62,695 bases of DNA from Chiloscyllium plagiosum (GCF_004010195.1 NC_057719.1:32239028-32301722), one strand, 5' to 3'. Positions 36,851 through 50,616 are shown, counted from the first letter of the stretch. The notes: a model not told the origin generated them from the letters alone. Program-made: numbers and translations.

Positions 36851-38217
36851 GGTGGTGGGCAAGTTGTTGGAGGGAATCCTGAGGGACAGGATGTACACGT
36901 ATTTGGAAAGGCAAGGACTGATTAGGGATAGTCAACATATCTTTGTGCGTGGGAAATCATGTCTCACAATCTTAATTGAGTTTTTATGAAGAAGTAACAA
37001 AGAGGATTGATGAGGGCAGAGCGGTAGATGTGATCTACATGGACTTCAGTAAGGCGTTCGACAAGGTTCCCAATGGGAGACTGATTAGCAAAGTTAGATC
37101 CCATGGATTACAGGGAGAACTATGCATCTGGATAGCTGAACTGGCTCAAAATGTGGAAGACAGAGGGTGGTGGTGGAGGCTTGTTTTTCAGACTGAGGCC
37201 TGTGACCAGTGGAGTGTCACAAGAGTTGATGCTGGGTCCACTACTTTTTGTCATTTATATAAATTATTTGGATGTGAGCAGAAGAGGTATAGTTAGTAAG
37301 TTTGCAGATGACACCAAAATTGGAGGTGTAGTGGACAGTGAAGGAGGTTACCTTTGATTAAACAGGATCTTGATCAGATGGGCCAATGGGCTGCGAAGTG
37401 GGAGATGGAGTTTAATTCAGATAAATGCGAGGTGCTGCATTTTGGGAAAGCAAATCTTAGCAGGACTAATACACTTAATGGTAAGGTCCAAGGGAGTGTT
37501 GCTGAACAAAAAGACCTTGGAGTGCAGATTCATAGCTCCTTGTAAGTGGAGTCACAGGTAGATAGGATAGTGAAGAAGGCATTTGGTATGCTTTCCTTTA
37601 TTGGTCAGAGTATTGAGTACAGGAGTTGGGAGGTCATGTTGCGGCTGTACAGGACATTAGTTAGGCCACTGTTGGAATATTGCGTGCAATTCTGGTCTCT
37701 TTCCTATCAGAAAGATGTTGTGAAACTTGAAAGTGTTCAGAAAAGATTTACAAGGATGTTGCCAGGGTTGGAGGATTTGAGCTATAGGGAGAGGCTGAAC
37801 AGGTTGGGACTGTTTTCGCTGAAGCGTCAGAGGCTGAGAGGTGACCTTATAGAGGTTTACAAAATTATGAGGGGCATGGATAAGATAAATAGGCAAAGTC
37901 TTTTCCCTGGTGTGGGGGAATTCAGAACTAGATGGCATAGGTTTTGGGTGAGAGGGGAAAGATATAAAAGAGACCTCGGGGCAACTTTTTCACACAGAGA
38001 ATAGTTCATGTACGGAATGAGCTGCCAGAGGAATTGGTGGAGGCTGGTACAATTGCAACATTTAAAAGGCAGTTGGATGGGTATATGAACAGGAAGGGCT
38101 TGGAGGGATATGGGCCAGCTACAGGCAGGTGGGACTAGATTGGGTTGGGAAATGTGTTCGGCATGGACGGGTTGGACCGAAAGGTCTGTTTCCCTGCTGT
38201 ACATCTTATGACTCTAT
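36851..38217 (+). mobile_element. CR1 LINE RT to 3' end, 5'-truncated
   Basis: VDVIYMDFSKAFDKVP, LGPLLFVIYIN, KFADDTKIGG, LVRPLLEYCVQFW, plus tail; few frameshifts. Confidence 0.97.
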
Positions 38218-38339
38218 GGAAGTTGGCGCCTTTTCCAATGTTTCCATCGTTGCTTCTGTAGCTTGCTTTATGTTCTGGAGCTTGCATGGTGAAAGTCTTG
38301 AAATGGTACTCTGCCTTTGTTCAGCCTGTCTAATAGGAA

Positions 38340-38705
38340 TGTAGGATCATTGGGAGAGGAGTAGGCCAGTCAGCTCCACCATTCATGGTTGATCAAACAC
38401 TTCAATGCCTTTTGCCTCCACCATTACTCTGTACTGCACAGTAATCATAATTTTATTGATCTCTACATTAAACAAACTCAAAGACTGAGCTTCCCCAGCC
38501 CTCTGCTAGAGAGAAATCCAAAGCATCTCAATCTTCTGATTAAAGAAAAAATTCTCATCTTGGTCATCAATGACATCCCTCTTATTTTTAAATTGTGATC
38601 GTTAGTTCCAGACTCCTCAACCAGGAGAAATAATATCCTGCATATACACTGTCTATTCCTTTAAACATTTTGTAAGTTTCAATGAGATCAGCTCTCCTTC
38701 TTCAA
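38340..38705 (-). mobile_element. Old CR1 3' end
   Basis: Similar to 28385-28800 (gagtaggcca.. tail, ..aagtttcaatgagatc). Confidence 0.65.
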
Positions 38706-39574
38706 AGCTTTGGTTCCAGGGCCTAAATTAAAAAGCAGAACTAAAAAGTTACTAATCTTCAGATTACTATCTGACCAAATAGCACAGCATCAACAAGATT
38801 AAAACTTGGTGTGGCAGAAATGGGCTCAAATTCATGGGGTATTGCCATCGGAACTGGGAAGGAGGGAACGATTCCAATGGGACGGGCTCCAGCTGATTCA
38901 TTCTGGGACCAAAGTCCTGACAAATCACATAATGACGGCTGTGGATAGCGCTTCCAACTAAAAGGGTCAGACGATTTGGTTGTGTGGAAAACTATGAAAG
39001 AAGTTTAAGGGGGCAGAGTTGCAAGGAGATCAGGGCTGGGATCTAAATATCCGAGGTTACACATCCTATCAAAAGGACAGGCCAAAGGCAGTTGGAGTGG
39101 GGTTGTCTTGTTGATGAGAAATTAAATTACATTGATAACAAGAATTGAAATTGAGTCAGAAGGCATAGTATCTGTGTGGGGAAAGTTAAGGAACTGTAAA
39201 AGAGACAAGATCCTAATAGGAGTTGTCTACAGCCTTCCTAGCAGTGGCCAGGATGTGGAGAAGAAAATAGATAAGAGATAAAAAAAGACATGATGTCAAC
39301 AACGATAGAGAAATTTCAAGAAACAGGTAGGCTGGGGAAATCAGATCATTTGTCGATCTCAAGGAAAGGATTTTGTGGAATGTCTAGAGGATGTTTTTTG
39401 GTGTATTTAGCAGTAGATCCTGCTAGGCAATAGGTAATTCTGGATTTGGTGATGTGTTATGAGGCAGACTTGATTAGGGAGCTTAAGGTGAGGGAACCCT
39501 GAGCGAGTGACCATAATATGATAGAAATAATTCTGCAGTTTGAAAGAGAGAGAGAAGATGGAATCAGATGTTAC

Positions 39575-40306
39575 AGCAAATACCAGACTAATGCCATTTA
39601 CAAGTTTGCTGATGACACCACCATAGAATTTCAGGTGGCAATAAAACAGACTACAGATGGGAGGGGAAGACCTGGAAAAATGGTGAACTGATGACAACCT
39701 AGCTGTCAATGCCAGCAAGACCAAGGAACTCATTAGTGACTTTCAGTGAATTTACTCATGCCCCCTACACATTAACAGCACAGAGGTGGAACGAGTGGAG
39801 AGTGTCAAGCTCCTGGGAATGGTCATCCAGAACAAGTTTTCTTGGACTCTTCATGTGGACGCACTGGTTACAAAGGCCAAACAATGTCTCTTCTCCATCA
39901 GGCAGCTGAGGAAATTTGGCGTGACAGCGAATACACTTGCCAACTTTTATAGGTGCGCCATCGAGAACATTCTGTCTGGATGCATCACTACCTGGTATGG
40001 TAACTGTACCATTCAAAATCGGAGACAGTTACAGAGAGTGGTGAACTCAGCCCAGACAATCACAAAGGCCAACCTCCAATCTGTAGAATCCATCTACTGG
40101 GCCCGCTGTCAACAAAAGGCCACCAGCATTCTCAAAGATCCATCCCACCCTGGCAATGCTTTTCTACAACTTCTACCATCGGAGAGAAGGTACAGAAACT
40201 TGAACACATGCACCAGTCGGTTTAGTAATCATTTCTATCCTACTGTTGCTAGAATACTGAATGGACTCATACACGCAACAATAAATTCAATTCAATTCAA
40301 TTCAAT
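39575..40306 (+). mobile_element. Rex1/Babar-type LINE 3' portion
   Basis: YKFADDTT; ORF 39786-40403 ..FYRCAIENILSGCITTWYGNC..LQRVV..ILKDPSHP..LLPSERRYR..RFSNHFYP; (TTCAA)n tail at 40285-40305. Confidence 0.9.
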
Positions 40307-40756
40307 ACAACTGAGTAAAGGTAAGAATAAAGGCGTGAGGGAGGAACTGACCAGGATTGATTGCAAGAGGACCGTAGCAAGGAAAATGGTGGAACAGCAA
40401 TGACAGGAGTTTCTGGGGGTAATTCAGGAGGCACAGTAGAAATTCGTCTCAAGGAAGAATATACATACTTAGGGAAGGACGAGGCGACCATGGCTGACAA
40501 GGGAAATCAGGGACAGCATTAAAGCAAAAGAAAAAGTGTATGATGCAGTAAAGATTAGTGGGAAACCTGAGGCTTGTGAAACCTTTAAAAACCTGTGGAC
40601 GACAATGAGAAAAGCAATGGGGGCAGGGTATGGAAGATGAAATATAAGATTAAGCTGGTTAGTCATATAAAAGACAATTTTCTTAGATTCTAAAAGGTAA
40701 GAGAGACACAAGAGTAGACATTGGACCGCTGGAAAATGAAGCTGAGGAAGTAATAA

Positions 40757-41000
40757 TCACAGAATCATAGAATCCCTAGAGTGTGGAAACAATTTGGCCC
40801 ATTAACTCCACACCGACTTTCTGAAGAGCATCCCACTCAGAACCATCCCACTACCCAATCCCTATAACCCTGCATTTCCATGTCTAATCCACCTAACTTG
40901 CGCATCTTTGGACCGTGGAAGGAAACTGGAGCATCTTGCGGAAATTCACGCAGACACAGGGAGAATGTGCAAACTCCACACAGACATTTGTCTGAGGCTG
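40757..41000 (-). mobile_element. HE1-like SINE, 5'-truncated
   Basis: Reverse V-domain cagacacaggggagaatgtgcaaactccacacagac plus tail. Confidence 0.9.
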
Positions 41001-41879
41001 GGTAAATAATGTTCACCAAGTAATGGGGAACAAAGAAATGGCAGACCAAGTGAAGAGGTCCTTTGAATCAGTCTTCATGGTAAAAGACACCAGCAGCATA
41101 CTAGAACTTCAGGAGAGTCAGGGGCAGAGGTGAGTGTAGTAGCCATCATGAAGGAGGAAGGTATTGGGGAACTGAAAGGTGTCAAGTTGGATAAATCACC
41201 TGAACGAGATGGACTGTATTCCAGAGACTGTAGTGGCAGTGGTGGTGATCTTTCCAGAATCACTGACATCAGGAAGGGTCCAGGAGGACTAGAAAGTGTC
41301 TAATGTAACACACTTGTTTAAGAAGGCAGGGAAGCAGAGGACAGGTTATTATAGGCTACTTAGACATCCCATGATCATTGGTAAAATTTTAAAGTCCATT
41401 ATTAAGGATGAAATTGTGGAGTACTTGGAAGTGCATGTAAAATATGGCTGAGTCAGCAAAGCTGCACCAAAGAGTGGTCATATCTGATAAACCTGTTAAA
41501 TTCTTTGAGGAAGTAATGAGCAAATTTAGCTAAAAGAGAGCTAGCGAACATGATCTATTTCAATTTTCAGAAGGCTTTTGACAAGGTGCTACACAGCAGG
41601 CTGCTAAATAAGATAAGAACTGATGGTGTTAGGCACAAGGTACTGGCATAGATAGAGGACTGGCTGACTGGCAGAAGGCAAAGAGCGAGGATAAAAGGGT
41701 CATTTTCAGGATGGTAGCCGGTGACTGGTGGAGTTCCACAAGGATCTTTGTGATGAGGATGAATTTCTTCAGCCAGACGCCAAATTATTGTGTGTTTTTA
41801 AGATAGAGATGGATAGCTTCTTGATTAGTAAAGGGACCAAGGGCTATGGGGAAAGGCAGGAGAATGGGTTGAGAAGCCA

Positions 41880-43045
41880 TGAATTTATTAGGTGCATCCA
41901 GGAGGGCTTCTTGAAGCCAGATCTAAATAATTCTACTAGGACCTTGTACTAGGGATTGAGCCTGGCCAAGTGATCAAAGTTTCAGTGGGGGAGCATTTTC
42001 GGAACAGTGATTATCATTTCATAAGTTTTAAGATAGTTATAGATAAGGATAAGGGCATTCCTGATGAAGGGCTTTTGCCCAAAACGTCGATGTTCCTGCT
42101 CCTCGGATGCTGCCTGACCTGCTGTGCTTTTCCAGCACCACACTCTCGACTCTAATCTCCGGCATCTGCAGTCTTCACTTTTGCCCATGGATAAGGATAA
42201 CACTAATCTTTGGATACAAGTGCTAAAATGGCGGAAGGCTAATACTTACACTATTAGGCCAGGACTGGAGAAATTAGATTGGGTCTGTTTGAGGGTAAAT
42301 CCACATCTGACATTTTAAAGGCCAGTTGATCTGAGTGCAGGACTAACATTTTCCTGTGAAGCTGAAAGGTGAGAATGGCAAGATTCAGGAACCCTGGATG
42401 ACAAGAGATGTTGGAAGTTTAGTCAAAACGAAAAGGTAAGTTTATGTAAGTTTCAAAAACTGAAATCACACAAGACCCCTGAGGATTATAAAGGTAGCAG
42501 GAAAACAAAATTAAAACGGCATTTCATATGAATATTAGATGAAAGAGGGTAGCTAGGAAAAGGGTCAGTCTTTTCAAGGACAAAGGATGAAATGTATCCA
42601 CAGAGCCAGAAGAAGTAGTGAGGTCCTAATAAGTTTTCATCAAGGAGAAAGACATGGATGATAGTAAGATTAGAGAGCGATGTGTTCATATTCTAGAGTA
42701 TCTTGATATTAAGAAGGGAGAAGTGTTGGGTATCTGAAAAAACATTAAGGTAAATAAATCTCAGGGCCTGATCAGGGAGTGATTGCTTGGACCTTGACAG
42801 AGATCTTTGCATTCTCTTTAGCCACAGGCCAAGTCCCAGAAGCTTGGAGAATAGCCAGTGTTGTTCTTTTGTTCAAGAAGAGCAACGGGGATAACCCAGA
42901 AAATTATAGGCTGGTGGACCTTACATTAGTGGTAGATAAATTATTGGACAAGATTATTAGCAACAGGATCTACTTGCATTTGGAAAAGTATGAACTTAAT
43001 AGGGATAGTCAGCATTGTTTTCTGTGGGAGAGGCTTTGTCCCCAA
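41880..43045 (+). mobile_element. CR1 ORF2 (EN end to RT start), decayed
   Basis: SVGEHFRNSDYHFISFKIV; GQVPEAWRIASVVLLFKK..PENYRLV. Confidence 0.85.
42053..42186 (+). mobile_element. PLE family A single arm with mutated HHR
   Basis: CTGATGA at 42061-42067, GAAA mutated to AAAA. TSD at(a/g)gataaggataa at 42039-42052 and 42187-42200. Confidence 0.9.
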
Positions 43046-43049
43046 TAAC

Positions 43050-44340
43050 AAGATTCAGTACGGCCACTTCTCCTCCCTTGCCTCCCTTAGTAGCCTGGGA
43101 CACATCTTATTTGGGCTTGGAGTAAATATATTTAGTCACCTTTTTAAAAAAGCTCAGTTGAATTAGTTATCCAGGATCTCCATCTAACAAATCCTTGCTG
43201 ACTATCCCTGATCAATCCCTGCCTTTTCAAGTGTTGGTTAATCCCATCCTTCAGAACTTTTTTCCAATAATTTTCCTACCCTGAGATCAGACTAACTGCT
43301 TTGTAATTATATGGCCTATCCCTGCTATCCTTCTTGAACAAAAGTACTATATTAACTATCCTCCATTTATCTGGCACTTCTCTTTAACCAGCAAAGTATT
43401 AAATATCCCCAGGACCCCAGCAATCTCATCTGTTGCCTTCCTTAGCAGCCTGGGATACATCTCATCAGGCCCTAAGGAGTTATGCATCTGCCTGCTTGAT
43501 AAAACATCTGAGCCTTCCTCTGTATTAATATTAACATGCTCTAGAAGGTCACCATCCCAACTGAAATCTCCAGCTACAATGTCTTTCTCCTTTGTGAGTA
43601 CAGATGAAAAATATTAATTTAAGACCTCACCCATATCCTATGGTTCCATGCAGAAGTTGCTTTTTTGTCTCTAATACCTAATTTAGAGTTATAGAGAGGC
43701 CCAACCCTCTCCCTGGTAATCCTCTTACTATTAATATACTTATAAAAAAGCCTTGAGGTTTTCCTTGATCTGATCTGTCCAATATATTTTGTGTTCCCTC
43801 TTTGCCCTCCTAATTTCCTTTTTAAGTCCCCTGCTATACGCTCTACACTCCAGAAGGACCTCCCTGATGTATCTTTCTTTTTCTTCATCAAAGTCTTGGT
43901 ATCCTTTGACATCCCGGGTTCTCTGGACTTGCTGCCTTTGCCCTTCACTTTTTGCACTCTGGCCCTGAATTCTCAGTGTAATGCTTTTAAAAGACTAGGC
44001 GAAAGTGAGTACTGCAGATACTGGAGATTAGAGTCAAGAGTGTGGTGCAGGAAAAGCACAGCAGGCCAGGCAGCACCCGAGGAGTAGGAGAATTGACTTT
44101 TCAGGCAAAAGTTGTTCATCAGGAATTATGAAGGGCCTTTGCCCGATATGTCGATTTTCCTGCTCCTTGGATGCTGCCTGACCTGCTGTGCTTTTCCAGC
44201 ACCACACTCTTGATTCTAATTTTAAAAGACTCCCACTTTCCAAATGTAGATTTATTTGCAAGTAGCTGCTCCCAGTTTATGTTCACCAGATCCTGTCTAA
44301 TAATATTGGAATCGCCCTTCCCCCAATTTAGACACAACTA
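43050..44340 (-). mobile_element. CR1 ORF2 middle portion, decayed
   Basis: FYKYINSKRITRERVGPL; LNWGKGDSNIIRQDLVNINWEQLL. Confidence 0.85.
43997..44219. mobile_element. PLE family A inverted-arm insertion
   Basis: Long minus arm plus short plus arm. 12-bp TSD ttttaaaagact at 43985-43996 and 44220-44231. Confidence 0.9.
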
Positions 44341-44794
44341 TCTTTATCCCTTATTATCCGCTGAAGATGGATATCTTCTAGCTTTGGAGAAGGAAATCAA
44401 GAGTAGTATTAATATCATCAGAAAAAAAAATTCTATTGATGCAAACAGCAAGTAAGATTGCAATGTGATTTCACTTTTGATTTTTCCAAACAGGCCATTC
44501 ATGCTGAGCAAACGTCTCTGATAATCTGAGAGCAGAATGTAATCCTGTCACTAGTACATTCATCAAAACCATCCATTAACATCTCAAATCATTGTGAAGT
44601 GTTTACATTTTTCATTTCATTTGTATGCGTAGTTTCTGGTACAATCCAATTGATAGAATTAGCTATCTCCTGAGTTGAAGATGCTAAAGGCATGAATGTG
44701 TTAATGACTGGATTTTGACCTCTGTGATTATTTGAAACATAAAAAGGGGGCTGAAATCAATCTATCCTGGGCATGGGAATAAGCTTGTAGTAAA

Positions 44795-45545
44795 TTTGCT
44801 GATGACATCTTTCATGACAGTCAAGCACCATCCACCTGTGCCTGGACAAGACCCTTCACGAAGGTATCACAAAGTCATGGACTACCACAGTATATGGTGT
44901 CTCATAAAAGCATATGCAGTGTGTTCCACAATGCCAGCGCCAAAACTGAATTGCATATTTACATGGATAATCAGGAACAAATGCAGGATTCAACAAACAT
45001 TTTGTGCAAGTGACTCTAGATAGAACACTATCTTTCTGGGAACCCCTGAAGAAAACAACAGTAAATGTTAAAACCAGAAATAATCTGGATTTATATGGAG
45101 CACTGCTAATACAATACTCTGGACTGTAACACTTGCCCGAGAAGAGAATTGTGCACTTGCTGCATATGTCACACACATCTTGTTGACACTCGATTGAATG
45201 TAATGATGTGTATCATAACTGGAACATTACACAAAACACCCCTCCCTGGATTCAAATTCTTAAAAGCATCACTGTCCCAAGTACCTGAAAGTAGTGAAAA
45301 CCCACAAGCTGGTGAAACCATCCATGCAAAACTCTTACCCACTCCATAATTGAAATTGTTCAAATTACGTGATGCTCAACTTCTGTCTCCATACCCCATA
45401 TGGAGCAATGTTCTTGAGCAAGATCTACCAGCAGATAGTCTTTGGAACACAAAATTAGAAATATGGGAAGTAATATACCATATGTTAAACACATATGTCA
45501 AATGATAGGTTTTGAATTATGATGGCAAGAGTGATTCGCCATTGC
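44795..45545 (+). mobile_element. Old Vingi/Ingi-like LINE RT fragment
   Basis: Frameshifted FADDI..FHNASAKTELHIYMD..VKTRNNL..HTHLVDTRLNVMMCIITGTLHKTPLP. Confidence 0.55.
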
Positions 45546-45982
45546 TGAGGTGTCAGTATAAATTCCTTTGGTACTTTTGTAGAAAAACATAAAAAATACT
45601 ACTCATGATAAAAGTGTACCTTTATAGGCTGTTTGGTGGACTATTCACCTGACACACAACAAATGAGGAGGCATTGGCTTAGCTCTCGAGACCATCTGAA
45701 TTTTGTGAAAGTCCGACACCTAGGGCAAGATCAGGTAGTGGTAGATGCATTTATAAGCATAAATGTATAAAATTAACAGTTGTATAAGGAGTAAGGATCT
45801 AAATAAGTTAATTCTGAGGACAGACCCGCTATGATGATATTGTACAAACTTGGTGAGAGAGCAGCTTAGTATCTCAAAAGTGGAAGACCAACCATGCTGC
45901 TCTTCCTCAGGGTCTCTGGAACAACATCTATCAGATCAGTGTAACTTGTACTTAGTTTCTAACATACAATAAACTATATCAT

Positions 45983-46295
45983 TTAGAGTTATAGAGTTAT
46001 CCAGTAGTTTAGTACAGAAACAGATCCTTCAGTCTAACCAGCCTCTGCTGACCATTTTCCTAAGCTAAACTAGTCTCACTTGCCTGTGCATTGCCAATAT
46101 CTCTCTAAACCTTTCCTAGTCATGAACTTATCTAAATGTCATTTAAACATTGTAACTGTACCTACATCTATTACTTTCTCTAGCAGTTCATTCCATACAC
46201 GTACCACTCTCTGTACAAAAAAGTTGTCCTTCATGTCATTTTGAAATCTTTCTCCTCTCACCTTAAAAGTATGCCTCCTAGTTTTGAACTCCAGC
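45983..46295 (-). mobile_element. CR1 3' end
   Basis: Same pattern as 22858-23160. Confidence 0.8.
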
Positions 46296-46502
46296 TTTTA
46301 ATTATCAGACTAAGGTTTGCCTCTTCCACTCAAATCATGTTGGCTCTGTAGATCCCTACTCCAAGAAAGCAAACCTTCCCTATGTTGATTGCAGACACCC
46401 ACATAGAATATGGTGAGCAGAGTGAGTACTGATCATGCAACAATTACTAAAAGTAAGTAAATGCTACAGAATATATTTCAGTGCATACATCTTTGGAAAA
46501 TG

Positions 46503-46592
46503 GGGGTCAAGAGTGTGGTGCTGGAAAAGCACAGCAGGTCAGGCAGCATCCGAGGAGCAGGGAAATCGATGTTTCGGGCATAAGCCCTTCAT
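46503..46592 (-). mobile_element. PLE family A single arm truncated inside the HHR core
   Basis: Reverse complement starts at ATGAAGGGCTTATGCCCGAAAC; gaaaatg on both flanks. Confidence 0.85.
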
Positions 46593-47127
46593 GAAAATGC
46601 AGATATCGATCATGATGCAGTGTTACAAAGACTGGGATATAAATGTTCTGGAAGCATAGAAATATAAATGCTTACACTTGGTTCAAACTTGGTCAAAATT
46701 GAAAGGCATCTTCCATCTATGAAAGGCTAACTTCAGCCACATTAGGCAGAACACTCAGCAATGACAGGGACATTAAACTGGCAGGATCAGTTCAGCTACC
46801 CATTATACATCTACTCAATTTTTCTATTCACTCAGAGACCTTCTTTGGAAGACTGTCAGCTCGTCTTCAAAAATTGCTTCTGCACTAATCATTGTGCGCT
46901 GACCTAAAACTAAAGACTAACATCATAACTTGAAGACTGGGATCATAGCTTCAGTTTTTATTATAACCAAGATTTGTATCTATCTCTAATTCTAGTCCAG
47001 TTGGAACTGGAGCTAATGATAATAAATATCTGACTAGTGTAAAAGTTGTTGGTTAAATGTCTAGGTATGTGTTGGGAATATGACTCTTGCTGATTTAGTA
47101 ACAAGAAAGATGTAGCTAGCATAAGGA

Positions 47128-47525
47128 TATATTTGTACTTCTACAGTGTATTGCATGACCATGGGGCATCTCAAAACACGTTACAGCCAATGACACACTT
47201 TATGGTCACAGCTGTAGGAAATGCGACAGCCAATTTACACAACATTAACTCTCACAAGCAGCAATGCAATGATGTAGTCAGGGTGTCTAAATCCTGTGTA
47301 GGACACTGGAAATAACTCTCCTGCTCTTTTTCAGAATTCTTTTACATTTAGCCAAGCAGGCAGATGGGACCTCTGTTTAACACCTGTGCTAAATGACAGC
47401 ACCGCTACCAATGCAGCATTCCTCACTCCTGCACTGGAGCACCAATGTTGACTGTTGTGCTCAAGCTCTGAAATGGGACTTGAATGCAAGACCTTGTGAC
47501 TTAAAGACAGGAGTGCCATTAACAC
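47128..47525 (-). mobile_element. Deu-domain SINE (SacSINE1/AmnSINE-related)
   Basis: Reverse of a tRNA-like head (gggacttgaa), Deu-like core (cctctgtttaac..gacagcacc..gcagcattcctcactcctgcactggag) and L2-type tail. Confidence 0.7.
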
Positions 47526-47689
47526 CCATCAACATTCTGAGGGCAACCAACTATAAAATTATTTTTACAAAATTCAGGCGGTGTGGAGGTTTCACCCCCA
47601 ATCTATTTCCTTTGTGCTTGGAAGATTGGTGAATCTCTAATTTGTTGATATAGCTAAGATATAAATAATGTGTCTACAAGATCAGGCCA

Positions 47690-48875
47690 CAGACTGGGAA
47701 TTCCAGGCAGTGAGTGACTCATCTCCTGACTTTACAATGCATTTCATTATCTACAAAGCACAAAGGATGTGAAGAAATAATCCTCACTTATCTGGATGAG
47801 TTGTTCTGGACTAGGCAAGACCACTCAAAACATTCTTAAGCAGGCAGCCCAGACCAAACTTTGCAATTTGTTTCGGTAAGTGTACAATGAAAATTACCTG
47901 GTTAGCAGGTTAAGTTAGCAAGGTTGACTACCAGGTTTTAAAACAGACAAAAAATTATTCACAAAATTAAACAATGAAACACAAAGAACTGAATAAAGAA
48001 CTCCTACAGAACTCAGTCTATCCAAACTAAACTTAATTATGATGTTCTGAATATACACAACAATCCCAATGAGCAAACCCCCTGAAAACACAGTGAAAAA
48101 AAGGAACAGATGCTTACAGGTTGAAGTTAGAAGGGCAGAAAGCAAGAGAGAGAGAGAATTTTCACACAGCTCACTGTTGAACTCCTAACTAGTTCTGGAG
48201 TGAACTGCTCAGCTAGAGAGCTGACCACTCCTCTTTCATTATATCCGTCACTTCTAAAACACGACCATTTTGGCCTGAAGTCTCATCTGTTTATATATAA
48301 ACAAAAAGCTTCTCAAAATTGTTTTCATCTCTATAACAAACCAGTCTAATTGGAGCCCGGCCCGTTTACGACTCCTCTGAAAAAAATCAAGGTCGCAGTA
48401 CCCTTGAGAAAAGGAACAGCTTTTAGAAAAAAGGGGTCAGCTTTGTGACAGAGTGCAGCTGCAATGACACTCAAACTTGGACAAAGTTACTTGCTCGATC
48501 AACACTTTACTATCTTCAGCCGTATACCCACCTCCAAAGCACAATAGCAGCAGTGTTTACTGTGTATAAGGTACATTGTTACAACTCACTTTGACTCCTT
48601 TGACAGCATCTCCAAACCAATAGCCTCTACTATTGAAAAGGACAATGACAGAAGATACATCATCACCACCATTTGCAAGTTCTCCTCCAAGTCAAACATT
48701 GTCCTGTTATGGAGCTTTATTGCTGTTTCTTCACTGATGATGTGTCAAATCCAGGAATTCTCAAGGTATTGTGTGTGAAGCTACACTACATGACTGCAGC
48801 AGTTTAAGAAGGCAGCTCACCACATCCTTCTCAAGGGGAAAAGGAATGGGTAATAAGTGCTGACTTTGCCAGCTA
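47690..48875 (+). mobile_element. Old CR1-clade LINE 3' portion split by a solo LTR
   Basis: ctacaaagcacaa..tggatgagt|gcagc colinear across the LTR; tail similar to the reverse of 60400-60600. Confidence 0.6.
47802..48450 (-). mobile_element. Solo LTR
   Basis: TGTT..GACA termini, 649 bp, 4-bp TSD gagt at 47798-47801 and 48451-48454. Confidence 0.85.
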
Positions 48876-49504
48876 TACTCTTATCCTCTGATAGAAGTAA
48901 ATGGAAGCTGGACCATAGCTCACACTGAAGCTAATAGACAGGGACAATACAGTTAATAGTAGCAATGGTGATCACCTCCACCATATTCCATAATCTGTGA
49001 CATTGACTAATGATGTCTGCTGACTCCTACAATGGATACTGACTCTGAGCCTAACCCTTCACATCAGAGCTTTCCTCTGATAAAGGCTTCCTAATATCCA
49101 GGCTGCTACAAAGTAACAAGACACTTTGTGGGAATTTAGTCAGGCTCCTCACGCATAGTAAACAGACGAGGCTAAAGTTTCTTTGTTCAATGGCTTATTC
49201 AAGTATATGTAAAATGAATAATACACATCCAAAGATAGCATACGAATTCCACTGGTAAATTACACAGCCACTGTTATTCTGATACAACGCATCTAGGTTA
49301 GTTGCAGCTATCCAACCACAGAAATTATAGATGCCTGTTATCCAATTTAATAATAGTTATTAAACCATCCTATCGTGATCCTGTTCACATACATTCATTA
49401 GTTGCTGTAAGGTACATCCTGGTAGTATCTCTCAAGTCCCTTTGTATCAGCTAGACGATGATAACATATTGGTCTGAACCAGTTCTAGCAGTTGTATTGA
49501 ACTG

Positions 49505-49725
49505 GTTGGTTAGCTCAGTTAGCTGGGTGGCTGGTTTGTCGTACAGTGACATCAACAGTGTGGATTCAATTTCCACATACCAGCTGAGGTCACCATGAGC
49601 ATCCCACCTCTTCTACCTGTCCCTTGTCTGACGTGTGGGCATCCTTAAGTTAAACCACCACCAGTCATCTCTTTCTAATGAGAGAGTAACCCTATGGCCT
49701 GCTGGGACAATGGCTACTTTACTTA
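49505..49725 (+). mobile_element. tRNA-derived SINE (unnamed family)
   Basis: A-box-like tagctcagttagctgg, B-box-like ggattcaatttcc, actttactt tail. Confidence 0.6.
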
Positions 49726-49904
49726 TTGACCTGTTCTGAATATTTTATGTTCCCCTTCTAATTCCTCCTTATGGGCATCAGCAGAGCCCAATTAGACCAC
49801 AATGTCTGCTGATAATTCCTGCCATTTCTTCTGTTGGCCCAACATCTAGATGTTGAAAGGAATCCTAAATATTATCATAAATGTTACACTGTATGGGTCT
49901 CCGT

Positions 49905-50152
49905 GGTTCTTTTTTCTCCCATTTGAGGTGGTTTCATATATGGAATGAGCTGCCAGACGAAGTGGTGGAGGCTGATACAATTGCAACATTTAAGAGGCAT
50001 TTGGATGGGTATATGAATAGGAAGGGTTTGGAGGGATATGGGCCGGGTGATGGCAGGTGGGACTAGATTGGGTTGGGATATCTGGTCGGCATGGATGGGT
50101 TGGACTGATGGGTCTGTTTCCATGCTGTACCTCTCTATGACTCTATGATTCT
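49905..50152 (+). mobile_element. CR1 3' end
   Basis: IWNELPDEVVEADTIATFKRHLDGYM plus tail. Confidence 0.9.
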
Positions 50153-50616
50153 ACCTACCTGCACATACTCCTGTACCACAGAGAGTCAAGATCTTAGTAA
50201 TATCATCCTCTGACAACAACACAGATAAATTGTTGGGCATATGGTAACTCCCAAAAACTGCTGTGCTCCCTAACCTAAAGATCACCTGCTAAGCTATCAT
50301 ATGTTCTTCAGTGGGCAATGCCATTGCCAACTTGGTTAATCTCTTGGCGCTTTGAGTTTCTAAATTACTTTGCGTTTTCTCTTTCACCATGAGTCCCTTT
50401 GAAGTTGGTCCATATCTCTGAGCTGTCTGAGTAGACCATAACTTGGCTATTTGAATAATTTTGCCAGGGGCAGGAAAAGTGTGTGATCCCAACATGCACA
50501 AGTAAGGTGTCCCACTGTCGTTCCAAGTAAGTGGAAGTTTCCCATTGTAGAGGAGTCAGAAACCCAAGTGCAGAATCTTGCATTACCCACATACATCAAA
50601 TTTATCCATGGGATAT

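Larger units (their letters stand above)
38720..41750 (+). mobile_element. Long decayed CR1 (ORF1 end, APE endonuclease, RT N-terminal part) with nested insertions
   Basis: ORF1-like WCGRNGLKFMG; EN motifs LNIRGY, GVVYSLP, SDHNMI; RT motif FQKAFDKVLHSRLL. Confidence 0.85.

Noticed and set aside
39786..40403. 205-aa ORF as a host gene
   Set aside because: It is the C-terminal part of a Rex1/Babar-type RT reading through a (TTCAA)n tail into CR1 sequence; the upstream RT is broken.
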